Source: Octopus sinensis (Eukaryota). Taken from it: 64,000 bases of DNA. Below, one piece after another: positions 1-11,500 of the stretch. The stretch covers positions 81,716,001 through 81,780,000 of the forward strand of contig NC_042997.1 of assembly GCF_006345805.1 (NCBI RefSeq). Reading direction: 5' to 3'. Numbering within the stretch: position 1 is the stretch's first letter; each line of letters opens with the position of its first letter. Made by a program: the position numbers and the translations under genes. A model generated the notes under the pieces. That model did not search any database. It was given only the letters and a program-made list of their open reading frames with translations, and had not been told where the DNA came from.

Positions 1-118
1 GTCACTACAAAGGGTATTACATCCCTTTGGATCCACCATTCGTAAGTTATACACTGTCCTTACTTACTTGAGCAGTATCACTGTAGATACTTCGATATGT
101 TTATGTGTATTGGTATAT

Positions 119-121
<3 letters not shown>

Positions 122-154
<33 letters not shown>

Positions 155-189
155 GCACATACACATACACACACACACACACACGTACG

Positions 190-220
<31 letters not shown>

Positions 221-259
221 GCACGCACATACACATACACACACACACACACACGTACG

Positions 260-291
<32 letters not shown>

Positions 292-320
292 ACACACCCA
301 CCCACCCACACACACACACA
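122..320. repeat. Compound (CA)n microsatellite with recurring GCACGCACATACACATA / GTACGCACATACACATA interruptions
   Basis: Read directly; the overlapping HT/CV-repeat ORFs are artefacts of it. Confidence 0.97.
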
Positions 321-721
321 TTAAATAGGAAATGGTTGGCAATTTTCTGAATGCATTTCCAATTCTATTTTAGTTGATTAAGCCCATTTCTTTTTTGTTA
401 AATTTCTCGCCTCTTTACCAACCTATTAACCAATCACCTACCTTTTTATGCTTTCTATTACTTCTCCCAAAATTCTTCCTCTAACTCCTTGAGATAATTG
501 ACACGAGATAAACATCCAAAAGCAAACGAAAGGGCTGAGCCAAAATAAAATAACTATAAAGCAAATCAACAAAACAAAATGATGCAACAAGTAAATATAG
601 AAATTAAAAATAAAATAAAATGAAATAAAATTTCTTTTTTTTTAAATGTGTTTGGTTTTGGTGTGGCTAAGTCCGTATTAAGCGTGCATAGAATAGAATT
701 AGCAAATACAAGAATAATGTA

Positions 722-729
722 TGACGTCA
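722..729 (+). promoter_or_regulatory. Palindromic CRE/ATF site TGACGTCA
   Basis: Perfect 8-bp CRE consensus 28 bp upstream of the TATA box of the secreted-protein gene. Function is inferred. Confidence 0.6.
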
Positions 730-756
730 GAAGATATTCTAAACAACACCAGAAGA

Positions 757-764
757 TATAAAAG
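757..764 (+). promoter_or_regulatory. TATA box TATAAAAG
   Basis: Canonical TATA about 80 bp upstream of the ATG at 840; implies a TSS near 785-790. Confidence 0.65.
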
Positions 765-839
765 TAGCCCTGCTTTTCTTATTTTTACAACAGACATCGG
801 TATTTCAAACGCACGAGTTAGTTTTCCGATCCTGCAAAA

Positions 840-900
840 ATGAAATCGTTTATCTTCGTCGGCATCCTCACAGTTCTGACTGTCGTTCTTTCGGCACCAT
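840..900 (+). CDS. Exon 1, signal peptide MKSFIFVGILTVLTVVLSAP
   Basis: ATG at 840 (AAAAATG), hydrophobic core, donor GTAAGT at 901, phase 1. Confidence 0.8.
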
Positions 901-3900
901 GTAAGTTAAACTCTTTTAGCTTATATTTCATTTCTCTATTTAACCATCAATGTTGTATTTTTTTAATCATTTCAAATCTTATTTTAGGTGAGTCAGTAAT
1001 TAAATAGGCACAAGTTATTTTGAAGGGAAGGGTCCAGACGATACCATAAACCCCAGTGTCTAACTGGGACTTTATTTTTTACAACTTCGTGAAGACGAAA
1101 GGCAAAGATGATAAGATTTGAACTCAGAACAAAGAGCCGGAAAATATACGGAAAAGTGTATCTACATATATATATTTACATAATACATGCATGCATACAT
1201 ACATACATACATACATACATACATACATACATACATACATACATACATACATACATACACACATACATACATACATACATACATACATACATACACACAT
1301 ACACGCATACATACATACATACACACATACATACATACATACATACATACATACATACATACATACATACATACATGCATACATGAGGGCTGTCAACCCG
1401 TTAAACGAGTATGATCATGACTGACTAAATAAAATGTATTACAGCATTATATGTGAAAACGCCAATAGCACTTTAATGCTGCAGCGGCTTACAAGTTCTT
1501 CTGATTTCTTGGTTGTTCTGGATGGTTCTGATAATTTTCTGCGTGCATCCTCATTTGCCGAGGTAAACCTGAACAATTTGTCACGTTTTCTTGTGCTGTT
1601 GACCCTAGAGAGAAAGTCTTTGCAGTTTGTAACAGGTCTTTCTACATGGCTTCTCTGCTGGCGCACCAGGCCTGCGCGTAACATATGTGGTAACAGACTT
1701 TACATACTACGTGAGGAATTGTAGGGTCAACGGAATTGTCTTTTCGTGCTCATCAGTTTCTGCGTAACCATTCGTTTGCATTTCGTTGGAATGTGCTCAC
1801 TCCGTCATAGACTCTTTGCGTCTAGGTGTTCCTATTTTGAAACCTCATAGCTTTTAAGTTGTCTTTTAAGTTGTCCCGGAATCGCTTTCTTGCCTTATGT
1901 TGTGGTAAAATGCCTTCCAACGGTTTGCCATACATTATTTGTTTGGGAATTCTTTTTTCATCAAGATAAAGATGCACGCACGCATATATACATACATACC
2001 AAAGGTGGGCACTGTTTATCAAAAAGTTAATTTCAATAACCGTTAATCAGTTAATGTAACAGAAGTTATAGATAAACCATTAACGTTAATTTTCATTATA
2101 GAAAAAAGACAAAGAAATCAATCTTTGCTCTAAAACCACCTAAAAACACCTTTAAAAAGTGCCAAAACTATAAAATTGGCCTATTTTTGTCTTTTTGAGG
2201 GCTTTTGAACCCCAAAACTATATATATATTGCTTTAGTTTTTTTTTAAATGCTGATTTTATACTTTTAACTTTTAAAAGACCTAAAGAAGGATGGTTTCA
2301 TAGTTTTTGCCCTTTTTGTAGGTTTTTAAAAGCTTTTAGAGCTAGAAAAGGGTAAAAAAAAAACTCAAATGAAACACAATACTAGTATTAAACTAAAAAA
2401 TGTTTATTGATAAGTAGCCGTAAAAAAATAAAATTGAAAAAAATTAAAAACATGACATATACACAATTTAATTTTTCCTCTTCTTCTCGTTCTCCATTTT
2501 GTTCATGAGATGCATGCTGCCCTTCATCAAAATTTGCATGTCAAAATTTTCATCAGTCTGGGATGACCTCTTGGCCGTCAAAATGTTCTTGCCCATAGAG
2601 AACAAACGCTCCACCGCAGCACTGGTGAGGATAGCTGTGTTGAACTTGATGAACAAGTCCACCAACACTTGCTCAGCCAAGACAGCATCTGTCAGCAAGT
2701 CCTTGGAGGTGGTCTTCAACCAGGTCTTGACCAAATTCTGGGCCTTGTTCTTGAGTGACTTGTGGCTCCTGTTGATCTCTTTTGGCTGGATGACACCACT
2801 GAAGAAGTCATCTTCCTCCTCTTTGTTGTTACTACTTCCACTGTTACTGCTCACTTCATCATACTGCTGCCTCATGGCCTTCTCGACCTTACCCTCCATG
2901 CTTTTCCTTACCTTGGCGACCTTGGTGTTGTCATACTTATCCAACCAGATGTGGCGAAACCTGGGCTTCTTGATCCTCCAGGAGGGTCTTAAATCTTTTG
3001 TCGACGCCTGCCAAAAGTGTGTCGACCAAGGGGCTCCAGTAGACGAGGCCCGAGTCTAAAGATCGTCGCAGTAACTGTTGGCAACAGAGTCCCAAAATAG
3101 GCTTGTTCCTTCCCCTGGATCTGGTCGAGCGCTTTGGTCACAGGTGACATGACCCGGAAATGAAATAATGGAGGATTAGCAAATTTTAGAAATTCAAATT
3201 TGTAAGGAAACAGACTAGTAAAAATAGGAAAAAATTAATTGTCAAATCAAATGTCAATATTAATTTTATAATTTAGTATCTATAATATTATTTTAGTCTT
3301 ATATTAATAATTAAAATATAATATAATATGTGTTTTGAAAGATTTATAATATAATATGTGTCTAGAAGCTGAAGTTCTTCAAGGTGCTCCGAATATTACA
3401 AAATTGTTCAACCAATAGCTTGTGCACTAGCGATTGCTGCAGCTGCTAAAATATAACATTACATATAATATATCAATAGTATTGATACGCTAACTTTTTG
3501 TTTTTGTACGTACATGTTGTGTGCGCCACACTTACTTCAAAGAAGTGGCAAAGCGAGTGAGAGGAGGACAAAGAGGAAGTAAGAGAGAGAGAAAGTAAGA
3601 GAGAAATTGAGATAGTGAAAGAGACAGTGAGTGGTGACAGCGTTCGTTTTGTGTTTTTAAATGTTTATCACACCGCAAGAGAAGTAGATACATAAATACA
3701 TATACACATTTTAAAATCAAAAGCGGGAGACAAGAGGGAGACAAAGGAAGTGAAAGAGAAAGAGAGAAAGTGAGAGAGACAGTAGATACATAAATTCAAA
3801 GAAAAGTTCATACATAGATACATACACACAGCAAATATTGGATGCCGATTTCACTTTTCATTATCACACGAGGATAAAATTAACTTACAAATGGCTGAGT

Positions 3901-4063
3901 ACTCCACAAACATGCATAACATTAACGTAGTTCTCGAGGAGATTCAGCCTAACACAGAATATGACATGGTTGGCCCCTTTAAATTACTGCTACAACTCGA
4001 GACACACACACACACACACACACGCACACACACACATATACGAATATATTTGTGTGTGAATGT

Positions 4064-4112
<49 letters not shown>

Positions 4113-7100
4113 TTAGTTTAGTTAAATCATGTTTGCCATAATAAGTTAGTTAAAACATGTGTGCAATAATAAGTGTCGCGTGGTGGAAATAAATTACCAA
4201 ACTTTCATTCATAAATCCATTTATCATTTCGTTCTTTTGCATTTCAATTTGTACATTAAGGTTCTTTGAATATGCACGATGTATTTTAAGGTTAAATAGT
4301 AATTCCGTTTACGTTTGTGTAACTCAGATATTTTGGTTGGATTATATAGTCATTGGTGTTACATTACTTTCTATATTCTGTAACTGTCACAATATACTTT
4401 TCTAGGCCTGAATGTTTTGTGTGTGTGTGTGGGGGGGGACCAGTTGATTAGATCGACCCAGTACACAACTGATACTTAATTTATCGACCCCGAAAGGACG
4501 AAAGGCAAAGTCGATCTCGGCAGAATTTGAACTCAGAACATAAAGGCAGACGGTCATAATATACAAACATTTCTCATGGCACCAGTACACTGTTCACAGA
4601 TGCTTACATTTTCTATATTTTCCGTGAATTTTTCACGGGTCCAGCTAGTATATATTGTAATAATACATATATATTATAATAATATTATATTACTTTATTT
4701 TATTATTAATTTATTACCTTGGCATACACCTTAATTTAGTTGACATCCTAGTCGTTGAAGCTGTTGACCTTCAACTAGGTCATGATTGTGGAGAACAAGC
4801 CTCTTAGTTTCCAGGATGGTGTAGAGGACCACCATAGAGTCATAGGTCGAGTCCGCTTCGTCGTGTTGGAGACAACCAGCTTCCTCTTCACCTCAGTGAA
4901 GATGCTGTCCACTGCCACAGTGCTGCGATCTTGTTGGTTCCAGAGGGCACGTGCTTTGGCCATGGCAATCCTGTAGGGCCTCTTCAACACTGCACTCCTT
5001 TTTAACCTTTTCTGGCTTTAAAAGCTTTTAAAAACCTAAAAAAAGGGCCCAAACTATGAAATCAGCATTTTTTAAAGCTCTAACGCCAAAACAAAAAGAA
5101 TGAATATAGTTTTGGGGTTTTAAAGCCCTTAAAAAGGCCCCAAAAATGCTGATTTTATAGTTTTGGCATTTTTTAAAGGTGTTTTTAGGTAGTTTTAGAA
5201 CAAAAACTGATTTTTTTTCTATAATAAAAATCGTTTATCGATAACTTCCCTTACATTTTTAAAGAATTAACTGATTAACGGAAGTTAATTAGTCCGATAT
5301 TGATTTCCAAAGTTAACTTAAAAGTTAAATCGTTAACGAAAATGTCAACTTCGTTAATTAATGATTAACTGATTAACGGTTTGATACACACACACACACA
5401 CACATAGTAGCTTCATGCAGGTATAGCATGGATTCGACCCTCAATCGCAAAATTTCACTTAACAGTACAACGGAATTTTCCCATAGAGAAACATTAAGTT
5501 GACAGCAGTTACATTTATAAGAAACCTTCGCTAAGCAGAATAATGTCTTTGCCACTTCACCCCTGCTAACCTTTTGTATGCGGTGGAGGGTTAAATTACA
5601 GAACCATAGACCTCACAAAATGCCCATTGTTTGGATAACGGTATGTCTCTTTTTCTCGCGATCTGGCGATAATTATAGAAGATTCCCAAGCAAAAGTTAG
5701 TTGGTGAGACCCGAGTCTGGCTGACTGGCTGAACAAAACGCCGTCACTAGAGGAAAAGGCACAAAGAGACAACTATGTTAACTCACCAACGAAGTAGTTG
5801 TTTCGTCCCACCACTCTCATTTTCACTAACAAACTTTCTTTTCTCTGTAACATTACCATACTTCTCTATATATACTACTATGGGATCGTGTACACACATA
5901 TACAGGCCGAAATTAACTCTTTTTACCTTGCATGCTTTACGAACTGTGTTATACTATTACACTAGTCTACCCATTGCGGTATGGTATATATACAAAGTAA
6001 CAGTAAGTAGAAATTTTCTTAAACTTCGATCGCTGTTCTTCTTCCATCTTGCATACTGACAACCAATACCTTAATACAACCGTTACAACTGGTGACCCTC
6101 GACTGCAGAGAATACCAACCGTTACAGTTGCTGACCCCGAGTTAAAGAATTGCAGCCTTCGCATGAACAGTTGTCACATTCATCGATTACACTGGTGAGC
6201 CCATCTAAAAACAATTGCTTCTTTCTAATGCTACATGCCATTGCATTTTGCTGACTTCGAACTGAAGAACTACAGTCTTCATATCAACAATCGCTAAACC
6301 GGAGGAAAAGAATGACAGCCTTTGTCACTATCAAGATGCACTCGTGTTCCACTTGTTACAGTACGAGTAACAGAAAGCACTATACTTCGATGCAACCTAC
6401 GATATACTTTACAACAATGCAACACTGCCGACGCACAAAGAATTCGCTGACCATGGAACCCCAAACCAAATGAAAAAAATAGGGAAGCCCGCACATGCAA
6501 CGTCTTCGGCGCACACATGCTTTTCGCCCCAACGTACAGGCCCTGCATTGTCTACGGACTTTTGCACGTATATAAGACACTCATATAGACTCTCAGCAAC
6601 TCTTTTTCTTTGCATGCACATCTTTTCACTTTCAGCAATAGACTTTAAAGAAAGAACACTATTTGCCGCAAAGTTTGTCATTTTTGCTTATTTTATTCTG
6701 TTTGCACTGCACTCTTTCATTTGTTTACGAGTTACACATATTCCGCGATGCACATATTCCACGATTCACATATTCCGCGATGCACATATTCCACGATTCA
6801 CATATTCCGCGATGCACATATTCTGCGTTGCACATATTCCACGATGTACAAATTCCGCGACAACTCGTTTCACTAAAACAACTAAATTCATGTGCATATC
6901 TTTTTGAATGTACTATATTATTATTCATATTTTGCATGTACTTTTTTCCCGTTCACTTTGAAAATGTTTATATTGTTACATACAAACACGCATGCACCTT
7001 TCCTCAGCCCTGGCCTTGCGCACGCTTCTGCATTTGACACTGTCACATTCATGCACAACACCGTGGCTTTCTCGCTTATTTTTTATCCTCCCTGCGCCCT

Positions 7101-8496
7101 TGTAGATACAACTCGCCTCTGTAAGATCCCAGGTCGGTTACGTATACATAGAGAAAGTTGTTTGTCCCTAACAACGCGCCAGCATGCCACACTGTTGCTC
7201 CTGCACGTTCAAGGCATTTAATACCGCATGCATCGGCTGGCATATTCAGCACTGCCTTAATCACTGACATATTCAACACTGTTTTGTAATTAATCACTGC
7301 ACTAGCATAAGTATGCTAGTTCAGGTCAGCCATGATCACCCATTTGCATACACACATGCAACTCTATTATGCCTCTACTGCCTTGTTTTTCAACGTCTGT
7401 GCCAGCTCAACTGTTTTTCCGACTAGATGTTCACATGCCCTTCGCTCATCTTTAGACATAATTTCCCTTTGTTAGACCCCTTTTTAGTCACGTAATAAAT
7501 AGAGAAAATTACTTGCCTCGCACATCACTCCAGCATGCAACACTGTCGTTCTTACTAACCTCAGTAATTACCCACGACAACAGCGCCAGACACATTTCAC
7601 TTCTGAAAAATCTTCAAGGCATTTCACACACTGCAATCCTGCAGGAAGATCTTCGATATCATGGATTGAGAATACATTCACTCGCTCACCTGAGCTTATT
7701 TTACAGCGAATTTTGATATGTGCACTTGCATTCGTGTATAGGCCCTCACGTGCACTCATGTGCTTATTTTCTGTGCTGCCCAGTCACTGACTGCACATTT
7801 TGGCACGCAAAGCGACACTGCTATTCGGGCATATCCGAGTAGAAAATTGTCCCATATACACTTTAATGATCCCCTCTTCTGATAGACAAAATATTTCCTA
7901 AGCCATGAATTTCTCTTTTCCTCGATCGTTCGTCTCCTTTTCTCAGAACTTCTCTTTTAAAACATCTATAAACACAGATTCCGTTGAACAGGCCATCTCA
8001 CAAGTTACCTATGTAAGCATACTAAAAGACAACCAACTTTTAGCAGCTAATCCATTATGCAATCTATGTGGTATAGAATTTTCCAGTCAATCTGAATTCA
8101 CAAAGCACATGAATCAAGCTGCTGTACAAAAAGAGTTCTTGGTTGCTGCAACACATGAGAATGAATGCCGCATCTAAACAAAAAAAAAAAAAACGAAAGC
8201 CACATGCTACCATTATAATGCAAGTCCCGCAATCACTGAAAAAAAAAGAGAGAAAAAGAAACAAACAAAAAACCAGAAATATGATAACCTATCAATGATA
8301 GTGATACTAACGAATTGACACACATCGTGTATTATGTATATACAGTATGTATGTATGTATGTATGTATGTATGTATGTATGTATGTATGCACGTTTTGAC
8401 TGCGCTAAAACCAACCAATCAGAGTAGTGGAGTCAACAGGGCCCAAGCGGCCGAAGATTAGCTGTTATCTGCTACGTCCGTATTTATGTTATATAT

Positions 8497-8579
<83 letters not shown>

Positions 8580-11500
8580 TCACTAAGGGTATGCTACATA
8601 TGTATGTGATTTGCCATCATGTTATTCAAATTATTGATAAAGAAAAATAAAAAGCAATACGTATCTCGGTGGGATTTTGAACTAAGAATGTAAAGATTCG
8701 CGACAACATAAAAGAAGACACTTTTGTTGTGTCTCTTCCTGTCCATTACTGTTTTACTCTTCTCCCTACATTGGTCAATTTTAAAGTGCTCCTGACACTT
8801 ACCTATTTACAGCTTGATAGACCGAGTAATTTTAGAGTAATGATCTTCACCACGGACAGAATGCAATACCGGTATAAGGGTATGAACCGTCGACGTCTTA
8901 GTTTGTTGCTCGGTAAACCACTACCATACATACACACATACATATGTGTGTATGCGTGTGTATATTTATGTATGTATGTGTGTGTGTGTGTGTGTGTATA
9001 ATGTTCTTGTGATAGTCAAATTTATGTTAACACCTCCATGTTACATACTTGGCGAAGTTTTTATGAACACAAATTATTAAATCGAAAGACATAACATATA
9101 CCATTGAAAACAGGATTAAGTGCCATCCAGTTATCTACACCTCCTTGTGAATATATATATGTGAATATGTATGATAAAGGAGAATGAGATGAATGCGTAT
9201 TTATGTGCAGCTATGTATATGCTTGATAAAGCAACTTATTTACATTCGATTTTTAGCAATGCAAGGTGAACACTGCAATTATAATGGACAGATACATCAA
9301 GTCAACACAAGCTTCCCGTCCTATGATGGCTGCAACACGTGTTTTTGTCAAGGTCAAGATGTGGTTGCCTGTACACTGGTTGGTTGCGTTAGCATTGGTA
9401 TGTAATCTTATGTCTTTATCATATACTTCATGCTGTATAAATCATTTGTTGGGTAATGTAGTCTTAGATATATTATGTGTAGTTTGATGGGGGAAAAGGA
9501 CAACAGAAAAAGAAGCAACGGGAGCAAGAAATACAAAAGGCCTTACCTCGGCGAAATCAGCAGTCTCTCACGAAGTCAACACGTCCTGTCGCTTTGCCGT
9601 CTATGCTGGAACTGACCACGCTTCCTCGCTGACCACACGTGCTTCCTGCCACGCATGCGCCCTTCACTCTTCCGCCGGCCCCTGCAAGCCCTACTTCCGC
9701 CCACCTCATCTGTCATCCTCTCCACTAACACCACATAGATCATCACGGCCCATAACACCGACCGCCAACACCACACGCCCCCCCCCCCCCCGATCTACAG
9801 ATCACTCAACCGGCTTTCCCACTCACTCCTCGCTCCCGAATTCACACCTTAACTGGTTTCATAATCAGCCAACCAGGGAGGAGGGTACCGCTCCCTCTGT
9901 GGTCGCAGTGCAACCCTAGGACTGGCCTGGGTTCCTGGCATGTTGCTGCTGGCTTCATCATCTTGTCTACTGATGTTGTCTTCGTCTTTTTGCCTACTGT
10001 TGTTGTCTTCATCTTCTTGCCCACAGCTGCTGGTTCCATCCTCTGAGGCGTGGACAATCTTCCGTATATCCAAAACGTGGCGTGGCATACCATCGACAGA
10101 GACGTTGTTCTTCGAATTGATGGAGGTTATTGTTCCCTTTCCCCATCGTGATGTACACCGTGCGTTTGGGGGTTTTACCCAAACTTCTTCCCTGACCTGT
10201 ACGAAGGCGTGCTCTTCCTCTGCCCCGGGTCGCATTGATGCAGTACACGGATGCCTCCACTCGTACCTGAATATTGCCGTGTGACACTGACTCCTCAGCC
10301 TGTCCTGATCTGGGCGAAAAATTGTACAAAAATACAGCCTCGATTGGTGAAATGTGGCCCCTCTCTGCCATGGTCTTGATGGTACGATGATGCCTTTCCA
10401 CCACCCCATTTCCACTTGGCCAGTATGCCGCCCTGAATAAGCGGTTGACCTTCCACCCATCAAGCATTTCTTTCAGCACCTCCCAGCGAAATGCAGTGCC
10501 ATTATCCAGAAGCAGTTCATCCACGGGGCCTCGTTCCAGGAATATCTCATTCAATACTTTCACAATTTCCTCTGCGGTCCCCGTCTTCATCTCCCTCCAT
10601 ATGGCCAACCGCCCCGGTCCGCAGTCAACCATTGAGAGGTATGTCCCCTGCCGGTAGTGTGTTATGTCCACTGCCAGTCGTTTCCAGTCGTGGTCCACTG
10701 GAATACTTCCCGCCTCATGTACGCCCAGAGCAGGGTCGATGGACTGGCACCTGTCACAGCTGCTAACCACTCTCTTCACGCCCCGTCTTGTTACATCGGA
10801 GTCAACTTTTCTGGCTAGGAACAATGTCCTGTTCACCCCCATGTGATGCATGGTATGCAATCTCCGCAACTCCGAGTCACTCGGCATACTGCAGCCACAA
10901 CCTGCTCCGCATCATCTGGCACCTGCAACCAGGCTCACTTTACCCTGGTCAGGACGTTTGCCCTGTTCTTCTCGGAAGGCACAAAGATCACGCTCAGCTT
11001 CAGATTGAACTCAGTGGTTAGTTCACGCAGTATCCCCAATCGACGCTTTACCAGCATCTCTGCGGCCCCTTTGGTTCGCACCCTCCGCTCATTGGTGATG
11101 ACTGCTGTCACCCAACCAAGTACAGTGGCCGAATCAGTCCTGATTTCTATGGTGTGCAACCCCCACTTCAAGGCTAGGTTCACTCCTTTCAACACGGCAT
11201 CCAACTCCGCCACATTGATATGATTGCAGTCATCCGTCTTCCTGAGCTAGGCTGCATCTTCTACCATGAGACCTCCCACTTCTAAGACAACCCCTATTGC
11301 GATGCTACTGGCGTCACACCATACAATCCCGCTCTTTGATTTGCGAACATACCAACTGTCCCTCACTGGATCCTCTGCTCTTACTCTGACCAAGACTTAC
11401 TGTATCATGTCGGTCGTCATCTCCCCCACTCTATCATTCCACTTCACTCCTTCGGCTCGTTTCTTGATGAAGCGACATGCTGTCCGGAGCCATCCTGCAA

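Larger units (their letters stand above)
2000..5385 (-). mobile_element. Decayed hAT DNA transposon: N-terminally deleted transposase, one intron, long imperfect inverted ends
   Basis: ORF 2468..2944 has the hAT dimerisation motif SAAVERLFSMGKNILTAKRS. 3153-3060 reads VMSPVTKALDQIQGKEQAYFGTLLPTV. ORF 4775..4990 has LWNQQDRS...LVVSNTT. The left end CAAAGGTGGGCAC at 2000 is hAT-like. ~2030-2360 is an imperfect reverse complement of ~5000-5385. Confidence 0.85.

Noticed and set aside
68-1424. Many 65-92 aa ORFs (HT, CV, YIHT, MYVC repeats)
   Set aside because: Translations of stop-free (CA)n and (TACA)n microsatellites.
6735-6862. CRISPR-like array
   Set aside because: Head-to-tail units without spacers, eukaryotic context, no cas genes.
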